Shown here in pieces: positions 40,370 through 52,842 of a stretch of 64,000 nt of DNA. The DNA is from Isurus oxyrinchus. Lineage: Eukaryota. Under the pieces are notes generated by a model that saw only the letters and a program-made list of their open reading frames with translations, was not told where the DNA came from and made no database searches. Positions within the stretch are counted from its first letter, which is position 1. Each line of letters starts with the position of its first letter. The position numbers and the translations under genes were made by a program. Location of the stretch: positions 108,934,001 through 108,998,000 of the forward strand of contig JANJGN010000007.1 of assembly GCA_026770705.1 (NCBI GenBank), given 5' to 3'.

Positions 40370-41860
40370 GAGTTCATGGAAGTCCTTGCTGGCTACGGGG
40401 GATGTACCAGAGGAGTGGAGAACAGCTAAAGTGGTTCTGCTATTTAAGAATGGCTGTAGAGATAAGCCATGGAAATACAGGCCATTGAGTCTCACGTCAG
40501 TGCTAGGGGAACTATTTGAGACAATTCTGAAGGCGAGAATTGATCTCCAAATGGAGAGGTAAGGTTTGATCAGGCATCATTAGTATGGCTTTGCCAGAGG
40601 GTGGTCATGGCTAACAAAATTGATTGAATTTTTTAAGGGGGTGGCCAGGTGTGTAGTTGAGGGTAGTGCAGTTGCTGTAGTTTATATGGAACTCAGCAAA
40701 ACCATTGACAAGTTCCCACATGAGAGGCTTATAAAGAAGGTAAATGCACAAGGGATACAGGGTAATTTGATAAGGTGGATTCAAAATTGGCTTAGTTGTA
40801 GGACACACAGGGTGATGACAGAAGGATGCTTTAGTGACTGGAATCCAAGGCCAAGTGGTATACTACAGAGATCTGTGCTTGGCCCCTTATTATTCGCAAT
40901 TTATGTAACATGACATAGATTGGTTATGGGGGTAGGATTAGCAAATTTCCGGATGAAACAAAGATTGTCAGGGTGTTTAACAGTGAGTCTGAGTGTCTTG
41001 GGCTACAGGAAGATCCGGGTGGGATGGTCAAATGGGCATGTAAGTGGCAGATGGGATTTAACCCTGAAAATTGAGGTGTTACACTTTGGACGCAGTAATT
41101 TGACAAGGAAGAATTCAATGAACGGCATGACAATAGGAAGTTCTGAGGAACAAAGTAACTTTGGCGTGTGTGTCCATAGATCTCTGAAAGTGGAGGGTCA
41201 TGTTAGCGGGGTGGTGAAAGAGGCATATGGGACACTTGCCTTTATCAATCGAGGCATAGATTATAAAAGTATTCTATTGGATTTGTGTTGAACCTTGGTA
41301 AGGCCACAGCTGGAGTACTGTGTGCATTTCTGGTCGTCACATTATAAGAAGGATGTGATTGCATTGGGGGAGGGGGAGAAGAGGAGATTCACCAGGATGT
41401 TGTCAGGGCTGAAACATTTAAGTTATGAAGAGAGGTTGGATGGACTTTGGTTGTTTTCGTTGGAGCAGAGAAGACTGAGTGGCGGGATGATCGAGGTGTA
41501 CAAGATTATGAGGGGCATGGACAGGGTGGACAGAGAACAGCTTTTCCCCTTCCTTAAAGTCACAGGGGGACATAACTTCAAGGTGAGGGGCAGGAGGTTT
41601 TGGGGAGTGTGAGGAACAACGTTTTTACTCAGAGGGTGGTGATGATCTGGAATGCGTTGCCTGAGAGGGTGCTGGAGGCGGGTTGCCTCTCATCCTTTAA
41701 AAAGCTCTTGGTTGAGCACTTGGCACGTCATAACATTCAAGGCTATGGGCCAACTGCTGTTAAATGGGATTCGGTAGATAGGTCAGGTGTTTCTCACATA
41801 TTGGTGCAGACTCGATGGGCCGAAGGACCTCTTCTGCATTTTGTGTTTCTGTGATTCTGT
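40370..41860 (+). mobile_element. CR1 LINE ORF2 3' portion
   Basis: VPEEWRTAKVVLLFKNG..KYRPLSLTSV, QRSVLGPLLF, VRPQLEYCVHFWS and FTQRVVMIWNALP. Confidence 0.9.
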
Positions 41861-42114
41861 GAAGTAGCTGCAAAAAATGAAGACCATCCTTTCAATGATC
41901 TCATCGCATTTACCTTGCATTTCATACAAATATGTACTTCACGTCGTACAGCACCCTGAATCCCTGTATTCCAGAATCGCCTCTTCCTTTTTTCCCAGGA
42001 GCTCTCAAAACTCACCTAATTTATATTATTCTATCTCATTCTTCCTTGCCTTTATTAAAACTTATGTTCTGACCACACAACTGGCTTTTACTGGCCACAA
42101 GAATAGTTAACATT

Positions 42115-42900
42115 TGTCACGGGCGGATTGTACGTGCTCTGGCACTCCCCGGAATCAGTTTGTATTCCCTGGTAAAAAGGGTGTTCCTTTTCTTGCTCTT
42201 GGACTGTGTGTTCTAAATTAATAAATACGGGGCAATTTTTCGTGAGTTTAAAATGAAAACAGGTTATTTAATCTTACACATTTACTCTGAATTAACATCG
42301 CACATTCGGTTTTAGACACGCACCAGCACAAAAAATGTGTGATAAGATAAAGATAAAGATAAAGATAAATCACGTTAACAGATTACAGCTACATCACCCT
42401 CTGATTTATGATTCCCAGTCTTCCATCCGGCAAGCTTGCAGGTTCATGAATGGATTCGAAAATTATAACTCAAATTGAGGGTCTTGTGAAGCGAAGGGAA
42501 CACAACTTTTTGCGATGCTTCCTATAGTTGAATATCTAAAATGGTGTTTCTCAGTTCAACTTTGACACTGGGTAATGTTAAGCACTTTGGCAGATTGATG
42601 TTTTGCGGCTAGTTTCAGGGGCTTTTTCTCAGGCTGGCCTTAGTTCTGATGGCTCCACTCGGTCCAAGGGTCACAATGGCTCAGTCTCTAAAATCATGCA
42701 TTATAGTATGAATGACTATGACAGTGGCGGCTTTTATAATCTTCTCCTTCGCAATCCATCTCCAGCCTTGGACATGGTCAGCCAATGAACTATTCTCCAA
42801 CGCTTTATTTTGTTATGCAACCCATATTAGACTTCTTCCATTTGTAAATCAATTTAACCTTGGTGTTAGGAAAGCTTTCAGAGATGAGAATCGGCGATAA
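42115..42900. mobile_element. Possible LTR remnant containing a (GATAAA)n microsatellite at 42341-42369
   Basis: Begins TGTCACGG, is non-coding and loosely resembles 49900-50640. Not confirmed. Confidence 0.3.
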
Positions 42901-44585
42901 CATTAGTACTCATCTGGAGTAATATGCATTAATTCTTGAAGGCTAGCACGGATTCTTTAAAGGAAAAGTTTTTAAATAACTTGTTTCAGGACAAATTAGC
43001 CAAAGATTCATGGCAGTGTATGCATAAAATGTCAGGCTTTACATCAAAAAAGAGAAATGATCCCTTTCCTGCCTGCAGATAATCATCGTGATGTTGTGAA
43101 TTAATTGAACTGATTTTTCAGCCGGTTTGAAAATAATTAATTTGAGAAATGTGTGATTTTGCAGCATGCTTCACTTCACGAATTAAGAAGTTCTTCTGTT
43201 ATATCAACAAATGGGAGATGAAGAAAACATTCTAGCAAATCAACCCATGGCAACCATGTGGTACGGAATATATCAGCATGAACATTCTTAAGGAATGTGC
43301 TCATGAATTGGCAGTCCATTTCGCTTTGGTCTTTCAGAAATCCTTTGGCTTGCATACTATTGCTCATTGTTCGAAATTATCTTTCATCTTTCCTGTTGCT
43401 AGGGAGTCACAGCCTATTGTGTTGAATGATTACCGACCAGTTGAATATAGATTGATGTTCGAACACCTTGTGTCAAAGCATCTTTCAGGTCCTCTGGTTC
43501 CACATATTGATCAGTTATAGTTTGCCTATCGACCTCATGTCTAAATGGACGGTGCCATTCTGGCCTTGGCCCATTTAATCAAACAGCGCAGGGAGAGATT
43601 AGGCATTGATGCCTGTGCTCCTTTTGTCGATTTGTCTTCACTTCTAATACCATGCAAGACTTCCAACTTATTGAGAAATTGAAAAACCTCGATGCCAAAC
43701 ACACTCGTTGCTTTTGGTTTAGTAATTTCCTTCACATCAATAACTTGTATGTTCATTTCTGGGATTTTGTTGGAGCCCGTGTTCATGAATACTGCATCTC
43801 CTCAGGGCTGTGTATTTTAGCTTTGTTTTTCATCCTCTACATGAACGAATGTCGATTGGAGTACAACGACATCCCGATGATACGGTACCTGTGGGTTGTG
43901 TAAGAAATAATGAATGGAATTGTAGGAACTTGGTTGGCAATCTTGTGCAATGCTGCGATAACAATTCTCTTAAACTGAAAGAAGAAAAGGACGAAAGAAC
44001 TAATCATATTAAACATACTTTAGGGAAAAGCCAGTTGATGATGTTGTTCCAGTGAAGTTTCATGTTGTGTACACTGAAATAGTTACTAACAAGCATCTAG
44101 GTATCAATGTAGATGATAAGGTGCATTGGAAGGAACAGTGTGCAGATGTGGTAGCTAAGGGTTTTTTTTATATTCATTTACAGGATGTGGGGATCGCTGG
44201 CTAGGCCCGCATTCATTGCCCTTCCCTAATTGCCCATGTTCATACATGATTATACTAACTCAGAAAATTAAAACACTTTCGAGTAGATTCCACACTCATG
44301 AAACACTTCTATACATCTGCATTTGAGATTTCTATCTTCTTTGCATGTCTATCCTGGTAATGTAGCCTTAGGAAACCCGGATCTTTAAGGGTACATAGGT
44401 AATGAATCAAGCTGGATGTGTATTTGATGAACAGATCTTTCTTAACAAAATCTACTACCGAAGAATATTGATAAAGCTAGAATGTCATGAACAATGAGAA
44501 TCGCTCCGTGTTTCAGTATTGCTGTTGGGTGCATTGAGGGAAAAGACGACAATCCCTTAGATGAAGAACAAATTGGTTCTTGAAA
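42900..44585 (+). mobile_element. Rex1/Babar-clade LINE remnant
   Basis: LKECAHELA..F..VFQKS, LNDYRPV, FEHLV..HL, IDQL*FAYR and SSGLC/PQGC-like motifs. Confidence 0.7.
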
Positions 44586-44589
44586 TTAT

Positions 44590-47500
44590 TTTTTAAAGAA
44601 ATCATTCACGAAATGTGGGCTTCGCTGCATGACGCAGCATTTATTGTCCATCCTAATTGTCTTTGAGAAGGTCATGGTGAGTTGCCTTCTTGAACTGTTG
44701 CTGCCCAAGTGGTGTAGGTGCTGTTTGGAAGGGTGTTCAAGCATCTTGACCCAGCGACAGTGAAGGAATGGCGATATATTTCCAACTAGGATGGTGAGTG
44801 ACTTGGAGCGGAACTTCCAGGTGGTGGCATTCCCTTCTTGTTGCGCTTGTCCTTCTAGATGGTAGTGGCCGTGGGTTTGGAATGTGCAGTCAAAGGAGAC
44901 TTGGTGAATTCCTGCAGCACAATGTGTAGATGGTATGCACTGCAGCTTCTGTGCATCGGTGATGGAGGGAGTTAATGTTTCTGGATATGGTTCCAATCAA
45001 GCGGCCTGCTTTGTCATGGATGGTGTCAAGCTTCTTTAGTGTTGTGGGAGCTGCGCTCACCAAGGCAAGTGGGGTGTATTCCATCACATCACTGACTTGT
45101 GCCTTGTAGATGGTGGACAGGCTTTGGGGAGTTAGGAGGTGAGCTATCCATCGCACGATTCCTGGCCTCTGGCCTGCACATGTAGCCAAAGTATTTATAT
45201 GGCCATTCCAGTTCCGTTTCTGGTCAATAGCAACCCCCATGATCTTGATCATGGGGGATTCATTGATGGTAATGTCCTTGAACATCAGGGGTGCGATGGT
45301 TGGATTCTGCCTTGTTGGAGGTGATCATTGACTGGCACTTGTGTGATGTGAATGTTACTTGCCATTTGTCAGTCAAAGCCTGGATATTGCCCAGGTCCTG
45401 CTGCATTTGGACATGGATTGCTTCAGGGGTCGTGAATGGTGCTGAATATTTTGCAACCATCAGCGAGCAACCCCACTTATTACATTTTGATGGATGGAAG
45501 GTCATTGATGAAGCAGCTGAAGATGGTTGGGCCGAGGAGAATACACTAATGAACCCCTGCAGTGATGTCCTGGAGCTGAGATGACTGACCTTCAACAACC
45601 ACAAACATCTTCCTTTATGCTGGGTATTACTCCAACTAGTGTAAATTTTCCCCCCTGATTTCTATTGACTCCACATTTTCCGCAACCTGTCAAATACTGC
45701 ATTGCTGTCAAGAGGAGTCACCCTCTTCTCACCTCGGGAGTTCAGCTCCTTTGTCCATGTTTGAATCAAGGCTCTAATGAGGTCAGGAGCCAAGTGGCCC
45801 TGGTGGAAACCAAAGTGGGCGTTGGTGAGCAGGTTATTGCTCAGCAAGTGCTGCTTGATAGCACTATTGATGACCCATTCCACTATTTTACTGATGATGG
45901 TGAGTAGACTGATCGGGCGGTAATTGGCAATTTTCCACATAGCTAGGCAAATGCAAGTGCTGCAACTTCATTGGAAAAGCTTGGCTATGGGCGGGACAAT
46001 TTGTGGAACACACGCCTTCAGTACTATTGCCGTAATATTTTCATGGCCCATAGCCTTTGCAATATCCAGTGAGTCTAGCAGTTGATATCATTTGGATTGA
46101 ATGGAATTGGCCAAATATTTGCTTCTGTGAACATGGGACCATCTGGAGGAGGCCGAGAAGGTTCATCTGCCATCTACTTCTGGCTGAAGGTTTTGCCAAT
46201 GTTTTAGCCTTATCTTTTACGCTGATGTGCTGGGCTCCTCCATCACTGGGGATGGGGATATTTGTGGCACCTCTTCCTCCCGTGATTTGTTTAATTATCC
46301 ACCACAATTCATGCCTGGATGCGGCAGAATTGCAGAGCTTAGATTTGGTTGCTTGGCTTAACCCTGTCTATCAGTTGCTGCTTACACTGTTTAGCATGCA
46401 AGTAGCCCTGTGTTATAGTTTCAGCAGTTGACACCTCATTTATAGGTATGCCTGGTGCTGCTCCTTTCATGCCTTCCTGCACTGTTCTGTGAAACAGGGT
46501 TGATCCCTTCCCTTGATGGTTATGGTAGAGTGGGATATATGCTGGGGCATGAGTTTACAGATTGTGTTCGGGTACAATCCTGCTGCTGCTGATGGCCCAC
46601 AGCGCCTCGTGGATGCCCAGTCTTGAGTTGCTAGATCTGTTCGAAATCTACCCGATTTTGCACTGTGGGTAGTGCCACACAACACGATGGAGGGCATCCT
46701 CAATGTGAAGATGGGACGTCGTCTCCACAATGCCTATGCAGTGATCACTCCAACCGATACTGCCATGGACAGATTATTCTGTGACAGGCAGGTTGGTGAG
46801 AATGATGTCAAGTATGTTTTTCCCTCTTGTCAGTTACCTCACCACCTGCTGCAGGCCCAATCTAACAGCTGTGTCCTTTAGAACTGAGCCAGTTCGGACA
46901 GTAGTGGTGCTAGCGAGCCACCCTTGGTGGTGGACATTAATATACCCCACCTAGAGTACATCTCGCGCTCATACCACCATCGGTGCTGCCTCCAATTGGT
47001 GTTCAACATGGAGGAACACTGGTTAATCATCTGGGGAACGTGGTAATCTGCATGAGATCACCTTGCCCATGTTTGACCTGATGCGACGAGGCTTTATGGG
47101 GCTTTATAAATCGATGCTGAGGACTCCCAGGGCAACTCCCTCCCCCAACCTCTGATGGACCTGCCCTCATAGTGGCCCAGGGCATACCAATGGATGGTGA
47201 TCGTGGTATCTGGGGCATTACCTGTAAGGCATGATTCCGTAAGGTTGACTATGTTAGGCTGTTGATTGACTGGTTTGTGAGACAGCTGTCCCAATCTTGG
47301 CACGAGCCCTCAGAAGCTCTTAAGGAGGACTTTGCAGGGTCAACAGTGCTGAGATTAGCATTTTCTTTTCCGTTGCCTAAGTTCAAGCCAGGTGGTCCTT
47401 CCGGTTTCATTCATTATTTGTGACTTTGTAACAGTTTATTTCAACTGAGTGGCTTACTAGGCCATTTCACAGCGCATTTAAGAATCACATACAGGCCCGA

Positions 47501-47722
47501 ACACGTAAGGAAGACAGGTTTTCTTCCTTGAAGGACATTATGAACAAGACTATTTTTTAGAACAATCAACAATGGTTTCATCGTCATCATCAGGCTTTTA
47601 ATTACAGACTTTTATTGAATTCAAATTCCACCATCTGCCGTGTCTTGCCCGGGTCCCCAGAGCATTACCTGAGGCTTCTGGATTACTACTCCAGAGAAAA
47701 TACCGCTAAGCCATATCCTCCC
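44590..47722 (-). mobile_element. Near full-length single-ORF LINE (APE + RT) with a tRNA-like 5' head
   Basis: APE N-terminus (VPRLGQLSHK..QQPNIVNLTESCL), ANYRPISLLTIISK, FGFHQGHLAPDL and YKAQVSDVMEY. The 5' end is GGGGAGGATATGGCTTAGCGGTATT...GTAATCCAGAAG. Confidence 0.85.
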
Positions 47723-48129
47723 CAACTTGTTGGTGGCCTTGCTAAAAACAGGTGGCAAGGGCAGAATTTATGCGCAATGTTACTGATCGTGATCAGTTTA
47801 TTTGTTACAGAAAGGATTCCTTTCTTTCTTACTCTTGCAGTGTGCATTACAATTCAATAATTCAGCTGTAAGCTTCTGTAAGTTTAAAAATAAAGAAGAT
47901 CAATGATTCTCACATATTGAAATTAAATGCAACATCACATGCACTCACATATGCACCTAAAAATTGGATCATGCACAAAGAAAGGTCATGCACTTTTGGA
48001 GTCTATGGGTATCTTAGTCTCTGAGTTACGATCATCAGTCTCCACCCTGGCAGGTCATACAAGCCAACAAACAGATGAAATGGGAATAGAGGTACATCAA
48101 CCTGAACTTCGAGACCGCTCCATTATTCA

Positions 48130-49860
48130 ATAAGATCCGGCTGAGCTGTTTCTGTTTCGAGTTCCACATTCCCATCTACTCTGGATAACCTTCGATCCCA
48201 TCGCCTATCAAGAATCTATTTACCTCTCCCTTAAAAATAATTAATGACCCCTCGTCCACTGCCATCTAATGCAGCGAGTTCCAAAGATGCACAACCCACT
48301 TACTTGAACAAAACATATTCTCCTCCTCTCTGTTCCATAAGCGTAACTCCTAATTTTAAAACAGTACCCCCTAGATCTGGACTCACGTACAAGAGCAAAC
48401 ATCCTTTCCACATCGTCCTTGAAAAACACCATTCAGGGTCTTATATTATTCAATGAAATAACTCTCACTATTCTAAACTCCAGTGAAAACAAGCCCAGGC
48501 TGTTCAACCTATCCTCATTAAGCAACACGCTCATTCCAGATACCAATCTAGTAAACCTCCCCTGAACCGACTCCAACGCATTTCCATCCTTCCATAAATA
48601 AGGATTCTAAACAGCACACAGTATTTTAGATAAGACAGTTTCACCAACGCTCTATGTAACTGAAGTATAAAATTCTTAATTTAATGTCCTATTCCACTCG
48701 TAATAAGGGATATAATTTCACTAAGCTTCTTGATTTCGTGCTTTAACCTCCATAGTATTTTTTATGACTCATGCACTATAACACATGGCCCATCTGAATA
48801 TCGGAATTCTGTAGTTGTTGTCCGCTTAGGTAACACTCTGATTTTGTATTCTCCCTGCCAAAGTGAACAACTTCACATTTTTCCACAGTATACTATTCTG
48901 CCACATTTTTCCCCACTCTTTCAACCTATCTATATATGTTGGCAATCCCCCTTTGCCCACTTCACAGCATACCTTCCTGCCTATCAAATTTAGCAACCAT
49001 ACATTCGGTCCCCTCGTCTAAGTCAGTGAACTAAATTATAAAAACTTTGAAGACCCAGCATGGCACCCTTTGGGACTCCACTTGTCACATCCTGCCAATC
49101 AGACTAAGAGTCATTAATGCATAATGCCTATTCTCCTCCAGTCAATCAACCTTCGATTCATGCTAACATGTTACTCCCTACACCATGAGCTTTTATTTTC
49201 CGCCTCAAGTTTTGATGTGGCATCTTATCAATGTCTTCTTGAAATCCAAGTACAGTATGTCTACAAGTTCCTCTTTATCCGCAGCACATGTTACTCCTAC
49301 AAAAACTTTAATAAATTCATTAAATATGCTTTCCCTTCCACAAAACCGTTTTGACTCTTCCCGAGTATTTTGAGTTTCTCTAAGTGCCAACCTTCCCCAC
49401 GACAGACGTCAAGTTAACTGGCCTACAGTTTCTCATTTTCTGCCTCCCCCTTTCCTCAGTACAGGGGTTATAGTTGCTACTTTCCAGTCAGATGGATTTT
49501 TTTTCCATTACCTGGGGAATTTTGACAATTAGCACCAATGTGTCTACTATCTCATTAGCCACCTCTTTAACGACTTTCGGATGAAGGTAATCAGGGCTGT
49601 GGGATTTGTCAGCCGGCTGCTCCATCAGTTTGCTCAGTACCGTTTCCCTAGTGATTGTAATTTCACCAAATTATTCCTCCCTTCCACCTCCTTATTTACA
49701 GCAATTATTGGAATGTTTTGTATATTCCCAATAGTAATGCCAGAAGCAAAATACGTGTAGATTAAAGTCACCCATGTTTATTGCTGTCCCTTTTTCTCAA
49801 GCACCCAATATTTGTCATTGAATGCATCTTCTTACAATTTGGTTACTGTTTGGGGGGCCT
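48130..49860 (-). mobile_element. CR1 LINE ORF2 remnant
   Basis: VDILYLDFKKTL, ERMFALVRESRSRGYCFKI and a CR1 3' UTR near 48130. Confidence 0.85.
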
Positions 49861-51039
49861 TTAGAACTCTCCTACTAGTGGCCTCTTTCCCCTGCTGTCC
49901 CCTATATCCAGGTCTGTGGGCTTTGGAACAGATTCAATGACTTAACATTGAAGTGAATGTTTTTCAAATGAAAGGTTCACAGCAGTTTCTGAGGTTTCCT
50001 GTGGTCAAATCGCAGGGAGGTTGGTTCTCAGGTGAAATTTATACTGGGCTTCGTCATGTAATTAGCCTCCGCTTTGTCTAGCAGCTTGTTTCTGAGTTTG
50101 TTTCACGAGCTGTCTGATGTGAAATTTCTGATGGCTTTTCTGAAAGTGCCTGCAGTAGCGATTAGCGGATGTTAGAAAGAAGTCAAAAACATGGCTGCCT
50201 CACCATGTGACTTTCTCAAAGCTCAACTCCTTTTCCAATAAAGGGTTGGTGTTTATGTTGATTACACACGCTAAGTTTTGGGCTTACACCTCTGTTATCC
50301 ATCCTTTCTAGTTTGGATGAGAAAAATCATCATGATACAATGGATCAGCTTCCAAAGCCACCAGTTTAGATCTTCCATTTTGTTCAATATTAAACATGAT
50401 GCAAAGCAGTCTGATAACTCTTTTGTATTGGCCCACCCTTGAACAAAGAAATGTGTCAATTCCCTGGATGGCTTTCGCTTTCCATCTTTAATGAGGTATT
50501 CGACTGAGACGTGCGACAGTCTGTAGCCCAAATGCCAAAAGTCATATAATTTGTGGCAACCACCTTAACTATTGGTTTGTATCCATTAAATAAACTCTGA
50601 AATGTCATATTATGACATGCCAGTAGTGGGCATGACACATGCGTTTGATGAATGGATGAGGATATGCACTCATGATGGAACTCGCCGAGTGGTAAATTTA
50701 ATGCAATGAAATAGTTGTAATTTAGTTTCATTAAAGTTAGATCTCGGTGACTGCTAATATTCTTTCCATTTAATGTTATTTTTCATTCATGTTAATTTTT
50801 CTGAAAACTTGAAAAGTACCAGAAATAATTTTTCACATGGGCAATAAAGTGAAATTAAAATTGAAATTGAAATGGAAAGAGGTTTTGATGAAGTGGCAGA
50901 AATGTTCACGAAGGCGCTGTGCGTCACATGGTGTGCGTGGGCTTCCAAAAGGCGTTTGGTAAAGTCTCAACCAACTGGCTTGACTGCAAAATTGAAGCCG
51001 GTGGAAGAAAAGCGACAATGGCCGAACTTGCCTGAGTGA

Positions 51040-52500
51040 CAGAAGGTACAGAGCACTGGTGGTTGGTGATTTTTTTGGATTACGGGAAATGAGTTTCGTC
51101 AGGCGTCATTACAAAATCCATTGCTTTTCCAGATCGCATTAATTATCTTAAATTGGGAGTGTAGCGCATAATTTCAAAATTATGGCACAAAATTTGAATT
51201 TTATGTGAACAGTAAGCAGGATATTGATAGACTTTAATATGACTTAGAGAGGCTGGTGGGGAGGGTGGGCAGGCGGGAGATGTGTTCAATGTAGAGAGGC
51301 GTGAAATTGTGCATTTTGGGCGGAGAACAGGATGAAGCAACATAAAATAAAGGACACAATTCAAAAGGAGGTTCTGGAGTACAGTGAATTGGGGCATTTG
51401 TGCAAAAATCTTTAAAGGCGGCAGGGCAGGTCGAGCAAATTATTAGCAACACATACTGGCTTTATAAACATTGTTATGGAGTACAAAAGGAAAGAGGCTA
51501 TGGTGAACATTTAAAAAACGCTGCTTAACTTCGACTGGACTATTGTGTACAACTTTGGACACTACCTGTTAGGAACAATGTGAAAGCATTAGGGAGGGAA
51601 CCAAAGCGATTTATCAGGTTGAAAAGTACTTGCCTTTTTACTGCGCTTTTCGCGATGACGGGATGCCTCAAATCGCTTCCCAGACAATTGGTTACTTTTG
51701 AAGAGTAGTCACTTTTGTTGTAATGTAAGGCACGGGAGCAGCGAACTTGAGCTCAGCAAGAATAACAAACAGAAAGAGGAAAGCAAAAATGACCAGATAA
51801 TATTCCTTTGTGATGTTGATTGGCGGATAAATACAGGTCAAGGACACCTGCGTTAACACCCCTGTTCTTATACGAAATAGTCCCATGGTATGTTTTACAT
51901 TCACCTCAGCATATTTAACGTCTCACTGGAAAGACTGTGCCTCTGACATTCCTGTCATATTTGACTTTTTTTTGTGCGTTAAGTGAATCTAAACCCACGA
52001 CTGTGCGACTTAAAAGCGGGAGCGCTACCTACTGAGCCACAGCTGAGACAAGATTTGCACGATTATAGTGATAATGGGCTTCAGTGATGTGAATAGATTG
52101 CAGAAGCTTGGGATGTTCTTCTTCGCTAACGGAAGGGCGAGGAGAAATTTGATGGAGCTGCACAAATCATGAGGAATCAGCACAGGGTAGATAGGAAGAA
52201 AGTGTTCATATTGATGAAATTGTCAGGAACCAGAGCGCAACAATGAAGAACGGGACAAAAGCGATTGGAGCAAAAGTTTTATTTGGCAACTCGTCGTTAG
52301 AATCCTGAATGCACTGAGAGGGAGAGGGGTGGAGGCAGGTTCAGTCGTGGCTCTCGAAATGGAACTGGATGAATGGTTGAAGAGAAGAAATTTGCAGGGC
52401 TACGGGATAAGGGCCCGGATGGGTAATGCGACTTACGCGAGTTGCTTTCGTAGAGAGCCGGCACGGACACACCGGGCAGACTGTTCTAATTCTCTGCTGC
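51040..52500 (+). mobile_element. Highly degenerate CR1 3' fragment interrupted by a SINE
   Basis: VEAGSVVALEMELDEWLKRRNLQGYG C-terminus. Confidence 0.7.
51620..52050 (-). mobile_element. tRNA-derived SINE (Deu-domain/L2-tail type)
   Basis: Minus-strand head TCAGCTGTGGCTCAGTAGGTAGCGC (A box) ...GTGGGTTTAGATTC (B box). The 3' end is L2-like. Confidence 0.65.
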
Positions 52501-52662
52501 AACCCACAGAAACAAAACTGCCACCGTCAGTGTTAGTTAATTCTTCATATGAAATCCAAATAGTTTATCTTCACCTTTCCTGCCCTTGATACATGTAATT
52601 CCAAAAGTGGCATGAGTGCAAAGTAAAAAAAAAAAAACACTTAGGAACGAAGCTTAATTTAT

Positions 52663-52724
52663 AAACCGCATTTAGTGGATGTTGAATGTCATTGGGACGT
52701 ACCTCACAGGAAACAAACCGAAAA
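52663..52724 (+). promoter_or_regulatory. Conserved proximal promoter block of the IgSF paralogs
   Basis: AAACC..A.TTA..GGATGT..A..GTCATT lies ~100-115 nt upstream of each ATG (3768-3800, 22591-22624, 52663-52693). It contains ETS-like GGATGT, RUNX-like AACCGCA and CRE-half-like elements. Confidence 0.45.
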
Positions 52725-52787
52725 CCATTATTAACAGTTCTGAACTTGCAGTTACTGTAGTGTCATCAATTGAATCCTCTGTTCAGT

Positions 52788-52842
52788 ATGTCAGCGAGGA
52801 TAGCTTTTCTTTGCCTGATTCTCCGTGGCATTATTCATAAAG
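52788..52842 (+). CDS. Copy 3 exon 1, signal peptide MSARIAFLCLILRGIIHK(A)
   Basis: ATG, hydrophobic core and phase-1 donor G|gtacgt. Homologous to the leaders at 3881 and 22719. Confidence 0.85.
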
